A DNA stretch of 64,000 nt from Candidatus Sulfomarinibacter kjeldsenii (GTDB lineage Bacteria; Acidobacteriota; Thermoanaerobaculia; Thermoanaerobaculales; Sulfomarinibacteraceae): contig JACXWA010000109.1 of assembly GCA_014764485.1 (NCBI GenBank), positions 12,769 to 76,768 of the forward strand. Direction: 5' to 3'. This document shows positions 45,802 through 55,085 of the stretch, piece after piece. Within the stretch, counting starts at the first letter, position 1, and every line of letters begins with the position of its first letter. The notes beneath the pieces were generated by a model, which ran no database searches, had not been told where the DNA came from, and worked only from the letters and a program-made list of their open reading frames with translations. The position numbers were made by a program, and so were the translations under genes.

Positions 45802-45860
45802 AATTACAATGTTATCAGGGGGCTCAGGAAGGGGTCAACGATGGCCCATTTCTGAGGGAA

Positions 45861-47957
45861 TCAGGCTTCGGTGGGGACGAGCGCATTGTCGAGAACGATT
45901 CGGACCCGGGCGCCGCCCTCTTTGAGGGACCGGAGTTCGAGGGTGCCCCCATGGTCCGAGACAATTCTATGAACCAGGGCGAGACCAACGCCTGAGCCGC
46001 GCCCCTTGGTGGAGAAAAATGGTTCGACCAGGGTTTCAGTGTCCTCGGTTGGGAGACCGACGCCGGTGTCCTCCACCTCGATGACCACATCCCGGTCCCG
46101 GACATAGGTGGCGATTCGAATACTGCCGTTACCGGGGATCGCCCACACAGCGTTGTCGAGCAGGTTGACCAACGCCTGCCTCAGAAGGGCGGGGTCCACC
46201 ATTGCCCAGATCTCGTTTTCGGGGAGCCCGGCCCGCACATCAAGGCCCTCACGAACCCCCCCGTACAGCGAACACAGCTCTCGCAGAATGCGGCCCAGGT
46301 CTGTTGGTTGTGGGTTGATGGTCGGCATTCTCGCGTACTCTTGAAACGCGTCCACCAGTTCCTTGAGGCCGGCGACCTGAGCAACGATCGCCTCACAGCC
46401 CGAGGTCACGATTTCTCGCAACTCTCCATCGAGGCCATCGGCGCGGCGCTGGATGCGCTCTGCCGCGAGTCTGATCGGGGTCAGGGGATTGCGAATCTCG
46501 TGCGCGATCCGCTGTGCGACTTCGCTCCAGGCCGCTTGCCTCTGCGCCTGAATGAGTTGGGTCAGGTCGTCCATCGCGACGACCCGCCCCCCCCCGGGCA
46601 AGGGGCGGGAGGTGATGTCGATGCGGAAAGTCTCGCCACCGGTATCGAGATCGATCTCGCTCCTGATGTCGGCCGGTTTCCCGGGGAGGAGTCGCCTGTA
46701 AAGATCCTTGAGTCCCTCCTGATCGAGATCGTGCAACGGCCGCCAGCTATGTGCCCACTCCAAGTGGCCAAGCATGGCCGCGGCTGCCGGGTTGGGGCGA
46801 AAGTGCCTACCCTCGGTGTCAACTGACAACACCCCGGTGGGAACCGTGGCGAGGAGAGTGGTCAGTTCCTGGTTCGAGGTGAGAGTCTCTGCTTCAGTGG
46901 TGCGAACCCGACGGACCATGGCGTTGAACGAATTCACCAAGACCGCAACCTCATCCGATGCCGGCACCTCAACCTCTTCAAGGGCGTCGCCTTCAGCAAC
47001 GCGTTGAGTGGCTCCGGCGACAACCAGCAAAGGTTCGGTGAAACGCCGCGACAAATAGAGGCCGATCCAAACGGTGGCGAAGAGTAGTAGCAAAGTAATC
47101 GCGAGCAGCACCAACACGGTGGTGGCTGCAATGGTTCCCTGCTTCTGCTTCATCTCCTGGAACTGGGCGTCGGCGGCAATGGCATTTTCCAGGTGTAGCA
47201 ATAGTTCCCGCGGCAACATATCGCCGACCACCACCCGACGATCGTCTGCCGTCAGACTCCACGCCCGGAGCAACAGGCCACCTCGCCAACGATCTGCACG
47301 GGCCCCGGATGGCGGGAGATTCTCCCAGGGAAGTGGCGGTAACGAAGCCGGAATTCGCCGCGGATCCGCGACCATTTCCTCAAGGTCATCGCCATCGTAA
47401 AGGGCAACCAGATCCACACCGAGAAGATGCTGGAGTCGGACCAGGTCCTGCCGACCCGCGCGGCGGCCGAGCTCTTCCGAAGCAACGGCCGCCTGCCGCT
47501 GGAGATGATCTTCGATCAGCTCACGAACCTGGACCGTGACTTCCGCGCCGCCGCGCAAGATTGTCTCTACAGGGGCCGAGAACCATCGGTCGATGGATCC
47601 CTGTAGGAGATTGGTGGCAATCAAAAAAATCAGAATGACCGGCACAAAGGTCAGCCCGACATATGTCAACACCAATTTGGTGCGGAAACGGCTGCCGAGA
47701 ACGCCAGCCCGCCGCTCGACGGCAAGGCGCACGACGTTGCGCAGAAGGATGAAGCTGAGGATGAGGATCAGCGAGATGTCCAGATACCACAGGATGAAGA
47801 GGAGCAGCCTGTTGGTGAGTTCTTCGGGGGATGTTTGCTGGGCCCGCTGGAGAAGATAAAAGGCCCCTACCGAGAGAACCATCAGGAAGAGGAAAGCCCC
47901 GACGAGGAAGCGGTTCTCTCTGTGGTGCTGCCGCCAAGCGTTGCCCAGCCGGCTCAT
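45861..47957 (-). CDS. Sensor histidine kinase, NtrY-like (TM-HAMP-PAS-HisKA-HATPase)
   Basis: 698 aa. H-box HEIRNPLTPIRLAAERIQRR, N/G boxes (NLLDNAVWA, DTGVGLP, GSGVGLALV), and multiple N-terminal TM helices. Confidence 0.85.
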   Translation of the reverse strand: MSRLGNAWRQHHRENRFLVGAFLFLMVLSVGAFYLLQRAQQTSPEELTNRLLLFILWYLDISLILILSFILLRNVVRLAVERRAGVLGSRFRTKLVLTYVGLTFVPVILIFLIATNLLQGSIDRWFSAPVETILRGGAEVTVQVRELIEDHLQRQAAVASEELGRRAGRQDLVRLQHLLGVDLVALYDGDDLEEMVADPRRIPASLPPLPWENLPPSGARADRWRGGLLLRAWSLTADDRRVVVGDMLPRELLLHLENAIAADAQFQEMKQKQGTIAATTVLVLLAITLLLLFATVWIGLYLSRRFTEPLLVVAGATQRVAEGDALEEVEVPASDEVAVLVNSFNAMVRRVRTTEAETLTSNQELTTLLATVPTGVLSVDTEGRHFRPNPAAAAMLGHLEWAHSWRPLHDLDQEGLKDLYRRLLPGKPADIRSEIDLDTGGETFRIDITSRPLPGGGRVVAMDDLTQLIQAQRQAAWSEVAQRIAHEIRNPLTPIRLAAERIQRRADGLDGELREIVTSGCEAIVAQVAGLKELVDAFQEYARMPTINPQPTDLGRILRELCSLYGGVREGLDVRAGLPENEIWAMVDPALLRQALVNLLDNAVWAIPGNGSIRIATYVRDRDVVIEVEDTGVGLPTEDTETLVEPFFSTKGRGSGVGLALVHRIVSDHGGTLELRSLKEGGARVRIVLDNALVPTEA

Positions 47958-47991
47958 CGGATGCTCCCCCGCGAGCCAACGGTGCCAGGGA

Positions 47992-48516
47992 TCATTCCTC
48001 GTCCCGCTGCGCCTCGAGCTTCACCTCGACCCAGTCCGTACCTTCGGTCGAGGGGAAGACCAGCCAGGTGGTCCCACTGGAAAAAACTGCGCGTGCCCGG
48101 ACCCGCAAAAAGGCCGCCCGCCGGCCTTTTGGGAGGGGCACCTCAACCGCGGGCGGAGCTGTCAGCCATTGCAGGGCGAACTCAACAGAGTCAACCTCGC
48201 GACTGACCGTGGTTGAGCCGTTGACAATGAGTTGGCACAGGTATCGACCGGTGATGGCATCGAAGGTGACCGTAGAGCGTGCTACGCCTTTCCAAATTCG
48301 GCGGTCTGGGAACATTCTCCGCCGGGCATAAACACGAAGCGGATAGTCGATTTCGATTCGCGCGCCTGACGAAATTGTATTGGCTACCGCTTCTGGCATC
48401 TCAACGAGAAGCTCGAACCGAATGGCCAGTTCCTCGGGACTCCGATCCACCCCAACGAGCAAAGCATCTGAGGCAAGGGACACAACGAGAAGGAGTGCGG
48501 CAACGAGACTCGACAT
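47992..48516 (-). CDS. Hypothetical exported protein, possibly DUF4390-like
   Basis: 174 aa with an N-terminal signal-like helix. Sits directly upstream of the NtrY-like kinase, as DUF4390 genes often do. The family assignment is from memory of that synteny, not from a computed match. Confidence 0.45.
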   Translation of the reverse strand: MSSLVAALLLVVSLASDALLVGVDRSPEELAIRFELLVEMPEAVANTISSGARIEIDYPLRVYARRRMFPDRRIWKGVARSTVTFDAITGRYLCQLIVNGSTTVSREVDSVEFALQWLTAPPAVEVPLPKGRRAAFLRVRARAVFSSGTTWLVFPSTEGTDWVEVKLEAQRDEE

Positions 48517-48673
48517 GACGGGCCGATTCTACCGCGGATTGGGTCGGTTGATACCTGGTTTGCCTGGATATCTCACCAGATTTCCGGCCGCAGCAGAAAC
48601 TTGCCAAGATATCCAGGTAGCATTGATGGATGGTACATTGGGTCGGTTCCAGAGGTACTTTGGAGGCACCGTA

Positions 48674-50191
48674 ATGAGCGCCAATATCCCCGGGTGGTCG
48701 CCGGAAATCGAACGCGGATTCAAGGAGATCCTCTTCCGATTTCTGGAAGATATCCAGTGCACCAGGGCAGCGCTTTACCTCTACGGCCCAGACGACAAAT
48801 TTCTCCTCGCCACCCAGTACGGCTTTGGCCGCCGCGACGTATTGGCGATCGAACACGGATTGCAGGGTCCGATGGCCCGAAGGGTGCGCGAGCTCAAGGG
48901 TGTTCCGGCGGCCTTCAACCGCAAACAGAACCTTGGCCCACTCGCCGACTACTTGAAGAGTGCCGGCAACTCGAGACTGCTCCTGGTACCGCTGATCGCA
49001 GGCGAGGAAATCATCGGTTTCATTGATGCTCGTGACAAGGGGCGCAAGCGCACTTTCGAACGAACCGATGTTGCCAATGCCAAAAAAATTGCCGCAGCCA
49101 TGGTCGAGTTCGCGAAGCGAGCCGGGTTCGTTTTTTCAGATGACGATATTGAAGAGATCGCAGATCAGGTGCCAGTGGTACAAGAGCCGGCGGAACTCGG
49201 GCCTCCCCGCGCCCCCATGCTCGACGAATCGGGGCTCGAGAATGTTCATGATGCGGCTCTCGATGCGGTCCTCGATCATCAGGTCGTGGCGGTGGCAGTG
49301 ACCCTGATGACTGCTGGCGAAGCGGCAACTCTCGTCAATATTCGTGAAGGAAGCTCCGATTTCGATCGCGACGCGCTCGCCCGCCACCAGAGCTCGGCCC
49401 TCGTGGAGGCGGGAGTTTCGCCGCCGGATCGGGAGTCGTGGCATATCGATGTGAGAAGGGTTCCGACGACCGTCGATCCGGCCCCCTCGCCAATGATCGC
49501 GTCGGCAGTCCTCCTGGAGAACGAGAGCGTCAGCACTCTCACCGCATCGGTCATCTCAGGCGGCGGGGCGAATGCCGCTCGTGCGACGCTGTCAAGACTT
49601 CAAACTCGCGCTGAAGATGCTCGCGAAAAATCTACGCTCAGGTTTTCCCGCCGCAATCTGGCACGGCGATTGTTACAGCCCGGTTCTCGCACCTACCCGG
49701 ATCTCGTCGCCCACTCAGAATCGGTTTCACGCCTCGCTTTCGCGATGGCCAAAGAGCTTGAACTTGGCCCAGCGCGAGCCGAAGATGCGGCACTTGCCGG
49801 ACTTCTCCACGATGTCGGAATGCGCGAACTCGATTACGAGCGCCTGTATCGCTCGAGTTCTCCATCCGCTGACGACCGCGTCCGCTACCAGAAACACCCG
49901 GTGGTCGGAGAGAGGATTCTGGTCGGCACCGGCCTCGATGACGTCATGGCCGCAGTTCGCCACCATCACGAACGCTGGGATGGAACTGGCTATCCGGATC
50001 GTCTGGCGCGAGAAGACATCCCATTTCTGGCGCGGCTGATCCACGTCGCCGAGGTTTACGATGTACTGACCGTGCCGGGGCGATATCGCCCAACCGTTAG
50101 CCCCGACCGGGCGCTCGAGATCATTGAACGAGGAAAGGGACATCAGTTCGATCCACAGTTGGTGGAGGCGCTCGGCAAGGTGGTGCAATGA
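48674..50191 (+). CDS. HD-GYP domain protein with N-terminal GAF-like domain
   Basis: Track ORF trimmed to ATG 48674, preceded by GGAGG plus 8 nt; earlier codons overlap the divergent gene. HD...HHERWDGTGYP motif present. Confidence 0.85.
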   Translation: MSANIPGWSPEIERGFKEILFRFLEDIQCTRAALYLYGPDDKFLLATQYGFGRRDVLAIEHGLQGPMARRVRELKGVPAAFNRKQNLGPLADYLKSAGNSRLLLVPLIAGEEIIGFIDARDKGRKRTFERTDVANAKKIAAAMVEFAKRAGFVFSDDDIEEIADQVPVVQEPAELGPPRAPMLDESGLENVHDAALDAVLDHQVVAVAVTLMTAGEAATLVNIREGSSDFDRDALARHQSSALVEAGVSPPDRESWHIDVRRVPTTVDPAPSPMIASAVLLENESVSTLTASVISGGGANAARATLSRLQTRAEDAREKSTLRFSRRNLARRLLQPGSRTYPDLVAHSESVSRLAFAMAKELELGPARAEDAALAGLLHDVGMRELDYERLYRSSSPSADDRVRYQKHPVVGERILVGTGLDDVMAAVRHHHERWDGTGYPDRLAREDIPFLARLIHVAEVYDVLTVPGRYRPTVSPDRALEIIERGKGHQFDPQLVEALGKVVQ

Positions 50192-50649
50192 GTGATGACC
50201 GCCGGGTCCTCGCGACCAACCGAAAGGCACGCCACGTTTACCACATCCTCGAGAAGGAAACGGCCGGGATTGAACTTTTGGGCACCGAAGTCAAGGCAAT
50301 CCGTGACGGCAGAATCAACCTCAAGGAGGCTTACGTGAGCTTCGCCGGCGGTGAGGCCTTTCTGGTCGGTTGCCACGTGGGTGCGTATGAGGCTGCCGGC
50401 TATGCTCATCACGATCCTGTCCGGCGGCGCCGCCTGTTGCTTCAAAAACGTGAAATCGAACGCCTTGCCTCAAAGGTTCATGAAAAGGGACTCACCGTGG
50501 TGCCCCTGAGCGCTTTCCTGGAAGGAAACTGGATCAAGATCGAGATAGCGCTCGTGCGCGGCAAACAACTTCATGACAAGAGAGAGACTCTACGCCAACG
50601 CACGCTTGATCGCGAGGCAGAACAGGCCATCAAGGATCGAAGCAGGTAG
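50188..50649 (+). CDS. smpB: SsrA-binding protein SmpB
   Basis: 153 aa. Conserved SmpB sequence ([10 protein letters not shown]...GTEVKAIR). Confidence 0.93.
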   Translation: MSDDRRVLATNRKARHVYHILEKETAGIELLGTEVKAIRDGRINLKEAYVSFAGGEAFLVGCHVGAYEAAGYAHHDPVRRRRLLLQKREIERLASKVHEKGLTVVPLSAFLEGNWIKIEIALVRGKQLHDKRETLRQRTLDREAEQAIKDRSR

Positions 50650-50799
50650 CTCTGTCGTTTCCGTATAATGGTATAATTGAGGCATAAAACAATTCGACCC
50701 GCTGCGGTCGGAAGAGACGCTGGAGGTCCCGAAACGCCGAAAGTGGGAACGTCGGCCGCGGACCGAGTGTTCTTCAATAAGGCACGGAGAAGTATCTGA

Positions 50800-53607
50800 A
50801 TGCAGGATGAGATCATCATTCGCGGTGCGCGCGAGCACAACCTGGACAACATCGATGTCGCGATTCCCCGCAACCGCCTGGTTGTGATTACCGGCGTCTC
50901 CGGGTCGGGTAAATCATCATTGGCCTTCGACACGCTTTTTGCCGAAGGGCAACGCCGCTACGTGGAGTCACTTTCCGCATACGCACGCCAGTTTCTCGAT
51001 CAGATGGAAAAGCCGGATGTCGATACCATCGAGGGCCTTTCTCCGGCAATTTCCATCGAGCAGAAAACAACCTCTCGCAACCCGCGATCGACCGTCGGCA
51101 CGGTCACTGAAATCCATGACTACCTGCGTCTTCTGTGGGCCTCCGTTGGTGTGCCCGAGTGTCCCGACTGTGAGATACCGATTCGTCCTCAAAGTGTCGA
51201 GCAGATGGTCGATCAGATTCTCTCCTTGCCCAACGGCACCAGATTCATGCTGCTTGCGCCGGTGATCGAAGGGCGGAAGGGAGAGCACCGCAAGGTCTTT
51301 GCGCAGATGGTGCGAGAGGGCTTCGTTCGCGCGCGAGTGAATGGCAAAATCATCGACGCCGCTGAACCACCCGATCTCGACAAAAAGCGAAAACATACGA
51401 TTGAAGTCGTTGTCGACCGCCTCTCCGTCCGTGAAGGAGTGGCCTCCCGTCTCGCGGATTCTCTGGAGACCGCCCTTCGGGTTGGCGAGGGCCTGACGCT
51501 GGTGGTGAGGGCGCGTGGGGAGGAGATTGTGTTGTCGGCACGCCACGCGTGTCCGAAGTGTGGGTTTTCACTCACCGAAATCTCGCCGCGGCTCTTTAGC
51601 TTCAACTCTCCTCAGGGCGCCTGCCCGACCTGTTCGGGTCTGGGTTTCCTGCGCGAAGTCGACCCGGAAAAGCTGATACTCGATCCCGAACGCTCCCTCG
51701 CGGGAGGGTGCCTTGCGATGGTCGGGAAAAGTCCTGGTTCGTGGTTTCGGCATCAGGTGGAGCAGCTAGCGGAGGCTCTCGAGTTCGACCTCCACACACC
51801 GTGGCGGCGGCTGCCGGAGGGCGCGAGGCAGGTCCTCATGTACGGCACCGATGGTGAGCACGAGTTTGTTTGGGAAGGCCGCAAGGGGGCCTATCGCTAC
51901 CGTGACCGGTTTGAGGGAGCTGTGCCTCGTCTCGAACGCCGTTTTGCCGAGACGAGTTCCGAAGATGTGCGGCGGGAGCTCGAACGCTACATGTCTTTCG
52001 CGCCGTGCGGTGACTGTGGTGGATCCCGGCTGCGCCGCGAGGCGCTGGCGGTCAAGATCGCTGGAGGCAGCCTGGTCGACGTCTCGAGCCTGCCGGTGAA
52101 TCGGGCCCTCGAGTGGTTCAATGTTCTCAAGCTTGGCGAACGCGATACCAGAATTGCCGACAAGATCCTGCGCGAAGTACGAGATCGCTTGGGTTTTCTG
52201 GTGTCCGTGGGGCTCGACTACCTGACCCTCGACCGAATGGCCGGCACTCTTTCTGGCGGCGAAAGCCAGAGAATCCGGCTTGCGACCCAGGTCGGCTCGA
52301 AGTTGATGGGCGTCCTCTACGTCCTCGATGAACCATCCATCGGTCTTCACCAGCGGGATAATCGCCGACTCCTCGACACCCTCAAAGGAATGCGCGATCT
52401 CGGCAACACAGTGGTCGTGGTCGAGCACGACGAGGAGACCATTCGTGAGGCGGATTGGGTAGTTGATCTCGGGCCTGGTGCGGGCCGGCACGGCGGAAGG
52501 GTCGTGGCAAGTGGTCCCCCAGAATCACTGGAGGCCGCCGAGGAGTCGCTCACAGGCGCATATCTTGCTGGGCGACGTCGTATCCCAGTACCGGCGGAGC
52601 GGTCGGCAGGAAACGGTGACCGGCTCGTCGTAAGAGGAGCCGCTGAACACAACCTCAAAGAGATCGATGTCGACCTGCCGCTCGGTCGTTTGATCTGTGT
52701 CACTGGTGTTTCAGGATCCGGAAAGTCGACTCTGGTCAACGAGATTCTGCACAAGGCCGTAGCTCGCGAGCTTTACGGAATCCTCGCGAGGCCGGGCCGA
52801 CATACCGGCGTCGAAGGTATCGATCTCCTCGACAAGGTGATTGCTATCGACCAGTCGCCGATTGGCCGCACTCCCCGATCGAATCCCGCAACCTACACCA
52901 AAGTCTTCGATCCCATCCGATCATTGTTTGCTGCGACGACTGATGCGCGGGCGCGTGGCTACAAGCCGGGTAGGTTCTCCTTCAATGTCAGGGGGGGGCG
53001 CTGCGAGGCGTGTCAGGGTGCGGGCCGGTTGCGTATAGAAATGCACTTTCTGCCCGATGTTTTTGTGACCTGCGACCAGTGTGGGGGCTCGCGATATAAC
53101 CGTGAAACGCTCGAGGTCCATTTTAAGGGACTGAGCATTGCTGAAGTCCTGGACCTTACGGTCAGCCAGGCACGTGAGATCTTCGGATCGGTGCCTAAAA
53201 TCGTCCGCGTCCTGGACACGCTGATGGCTGTTGGGCTCGGTTATCTCCACCTCGGGCAGCCGGCAACCACCCTCTCGGGTGGTGAGGCGCAGCGGATCAA
53301 ACTGTCGCGAGAGCTCGCCAAACGCGCAACCGGACAGACGCTCTACCTGCTCGACGAGCCCACCACCGGCCTCCACTTCGAAGACGTTCACAAGCTCCTG
53401 GCAGTGCTCCATGCCCTGGTGGATCGCGGTAACACCGTAGTCGTTATTGAGCACAACCTCGATGTCATCAAGACAGCTGACTGGATCGTCGATCTTGGGC
53501 CAGAGGGCGGCGATGGCGGCGGCGAGGTGGTCGTTTCCGGCACCCCGGACGATGTCGCGAAGTGCAAAAGGTCATACACCGGGCAATTCCTGAAGAAGAT
53601 GCTGTAG
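50800..53607 (+). CDS. uvrA: Excinuclease ABC subunit A
   Basis: 935 aa. Two ABC ATPase modules ([10 protein letters not shown] / [10 protein letters not shown]) and zinc-finger cysteines. Confidence 0.97.
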   Translation: MQDEIIIRGAREHNLDNIDVAIPRNRLVVITGVSGSGKSSLAFDTLFAEGQRRYVESLSAYARQFLDQMEKPDVDTIEGLSPAISIEQKTTSRNPRSTVGTVTEIHDYLRLLWASVGVPECPDCEIPIRPQSVEQMVDQILSLPNGTRFMLLAPVIEGRKGEHRKVFAQMVREGFVRARVNGKIIDAAEPPDLDKKRKHTIEVVVDRLSVREGVASRLADSLETALRVGEGLTLVVRARGEEIVLSARHACPKCGFSLTEISPRLFSFNSPQGACPTCSGLGFLREVDPEKLILDPERSLAGGCLAMVGKSPGSWFRHQVEQLAEALEFDLHTPWRRLPEGARQVLMYGTDGEHEFVWEGRKGAYRYRDRFEGAVPRLERRFAETSSEDVRRELERYMSFAPCGDCGGSRLRREALAVKIAGGSLVDVSSLPVNRALEWFNVLKLGERDTRIADKILREVRDRLGFLVSVGLDYLTLDRMAGTLSGGESQRIRLATQVGSKLMGVLYVLDEPSIGLHQRDNRRLLDTLKGMRDLGNTVVVVEHDEETIREADWVVDLGPGAGRHGGRVVASGPPESLEAAEESLTGAYLAGRRRIPVPAERSAGNGDRLVVRGAAEHNLKEIDVDLPLGRLICVTGVSGSGKSTLVNEILHKAVARELYGILARPGRHTGVEGIDLLDKVIAIDQSPIGRTPRSNPATYTKVFDPIRSLFAATTDARARGYKPGRFSFNVRGGRCEACQGAGRLRIEMHFLPDVFVTCDQCGGSRYNRETLEVHFKGLSIAEVLDLTVSQAREIFGSVPKIVRVLDTLMAVGLGYLHLGQPATTLSGGEAQRIKLSRELAKRATGQTLYLLDEPTTGLHFEDVHKLLAVLHALVDRGNTVVVIEHNLDVIKTADWIVDLGPEGGDGGGEVVVSGTPDDVAKCKRSYTGQFLKKML

Positions 53608-53760
53608 CGGAATCGGATCCCGATGCCCCGCCCGCCGCGGTCTGCGACCGCGGAACGTGCCCGCGCTCCGGAGAGGCGCGCTTTTGCACCTGCGCAGCAA
53701 CGGCTCGCCAACCCGAGGCTGCGGGAGGGTGGGTGGGTATTCCGAATTCCGAATTCGCCC
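53607..53760. repeat. Structured intergenic element B (heptamer-repeat arm plus GGGAGGGTGGG core)
   Basis: Right arm TATTCCG AATTCCG AATTCGC (53738-53758) next to GGGAGGGTGGG (53723-53733), which is the reverse complement of the CCCACCCTCCC core of element A. The left arm GCGGAATCGGATCCCGATG is degenerate. Confidence 0.4.
53662..53685 (+). terminator. Putative intrinsic terminator of uvrA
   Basis: CGCGCTC-CGGA-GAGGCGCG stem (7 bp, one bulge) followed by CTTTT. Preceded by a perfect 8-bp hairpin, CCGCGGTC-TGC-GACCGCGG, at 53635-53653. Confidence 0.5.
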
Positions 53761-53769
53761 TCGCTCGCT

Positions 53770-54528
53770 TCACGCCAGGATTGAGTACCCCCCATCAATG
53801 ATCAACGTTTGGCCGTGGATCATGGATGCATATTCGGTACACAGGAATACAACGACGTTGGCGACATCCTGTGGATGAACGAGACGACCGGCTGGGGTGC
53901 GCGCTCGGGCGCTCTCCAGAAGCTCCTCGCGGTTCGGAAAATGGAGCAGGGCATCGGTGTCAACCGTGCCCGCCGAGACGGCGTTGATGCGCATGCCCTC
54001 GGGCGCGAACTCAGCCGCCAGGTGCCGCACCATCGACTCCAATGCGGCCTTCGATGCACCAACGGCTGTGTAATTTGGAATGGCTCGCAGCGCCCCGAGA
54101 GAAGACACCGCAACCAGGATTTTCTCTTCAGTTGCAGAAAGTTTCAGGAACTGCTGGGTAATCGGTAGAAGGGCAGCGGCATTGATATGCATCGCCCAGT
54201 CAAAGTGGTGCATCGTGAGTTCGCGAGCTGGTTTGAGAACTCCGGAAGCGGCGTTCGATACCACGATATCGAGCCCCCCCCACTCCTCGCCGATGGTAGA
54301 AAAAATGCGTTCTACATGGTCTGGATTTGCAACGTTGCCCTTGAGGACAAGGGCCCTGACCCCGCGCGCTTCGATTTCCTGTGCCGTTTCCTCGGCACGG
54401 GTTCGATTGCGAAGGTAGTTGATAGCGACATCAACCTTAGAATCGGCCAACGAGAGGGCAATCGCCCTACCGATGCCGCGAGAGGAGCCGGTCACCAGGG
54501 CGCGCTTGCCGCGGAGTTTGAGATCCAT
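53770..54528 (-). CDS. fabL: SDR-family oxidoreductase, FabL-like enoyl-[acyl-carrier-protein] reductase
   Basis: Motifs TGSSRGIG, NAASG and Y..K (YTAVGASKAAL). Long stretches resemble Bacillus FabL as I remember it (DTDALLHFPNREELLE, TPAGRL). ATG 54528 follows GGAGG plus 5 nt and is preferred over GTG 54546. Confidence 0.65.
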   Translation of the reverse strand: MDLKLRGKRALVTGSSRGIGRAIALSLADSKVDVAINYLRNRTRAEETAQEIEARGVRALVLKGNVANPDHVERIFSTIGEEWGGLDIVVSNAASGVLKPARELTMHHFDWAMHINAAALLPITQQFLKLSATEEKILVAVSSLGALRAIPNYTAVGASKAALESMVRHLAAEFAPEGMRINAVSAGTVDTDALLHFPNREELLESARARTPAGRLVHPQDVANVVVFLCTEYASMIHGQTLIIDGGYSILA

Positions 54529-54666
54529 TTGCACCTCCAGGGTCACAAACTAACCCGGTAATGGCCGGAAAACAAGCGTAGAAAGGGGTTTTCTGGTGAT
54601 TTTTCCTTGACAGTTCGGGGGTAAGGCGGCCAATATATGGTGTACAACAAAAACCAGGAGGTTCCT

Positions 54667-54960
54667 ATGAACAAGACCGAAATGGCGATGAAGCTAGCGA
54701 AGAAGACCGGTGTCAGTCAGGGAAAGGCGGCGGAGATCATCGACACGATGTTTTCGGCCCACCCGCGCAAGGGCCTTATTGCCACTGCCCTGGATGCAGG
54801 TGAGAAGGTGACGATTCCCGGTTTCGGGACCTTTGCAACGAAGCATCGCGGTGCCCGCCAGGGCCGTAACCCCGCGACCGGAGCAACGATCACGATTCCG
54901 GCCAAGAAGTACGTCCACTTCAAGCCGGGCAAGACCCTCCGCGAGCGCGTCGAGCACTAA
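54667..54960 (+). CDS. hup: Nucleoid-associated DNA-binding protein HU
   Basis: Trimmed to ATG 54667, preceded by AGGAGG plus 5 nt. HU signature GFGTF...R.GRNP.TG. Confidence 0.9.
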   Translation: MNKTEMAMKLAKKTGVSQGKAAEIIDTMFSAHPRKGLIATALDAGEKVTIPGFGTFATKHRGARQGRNPATGATITIPAKKYVHFKPGKTLRERVEH

Positions 54961-55039
54961 GGACGCCGCTGTTATCTGTGCCGGGTGGAAAGATCCCCCG
55001 GCGCTGGACGATGAGTTGGCCCATTGAGGGTCAGATGAA

Positions 55040-55071
55040 GAGGCCGGGCTGATGCCCGGCCTCAGTTTTTT
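55040..55071 (+). terminator. Rho-independent terminator downstream of hup
   Basis: Perfect 10-bp stem GAGGCCGGGC-TGAT-GCCCGGCCTC followed by AGTTTTTT. Confidence 0.8.
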
Positions 55072-55085
55072 GCTTTCCAAGAATC

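Noticed and set aside
50650-50799. Possible tmRNA (ssrA) next to smpB, or an SOS box in front of uvrA
   Set aside because: No tRNA-Ala-like acceptor/T-arm or tag reading frame is present, so there is no tmRNA. The AT-rich GTATAATGGTATAATTG looks like duplicated -10 hexamers. It shares no convincing palindrome or direct repeat with the lexA upstream region.
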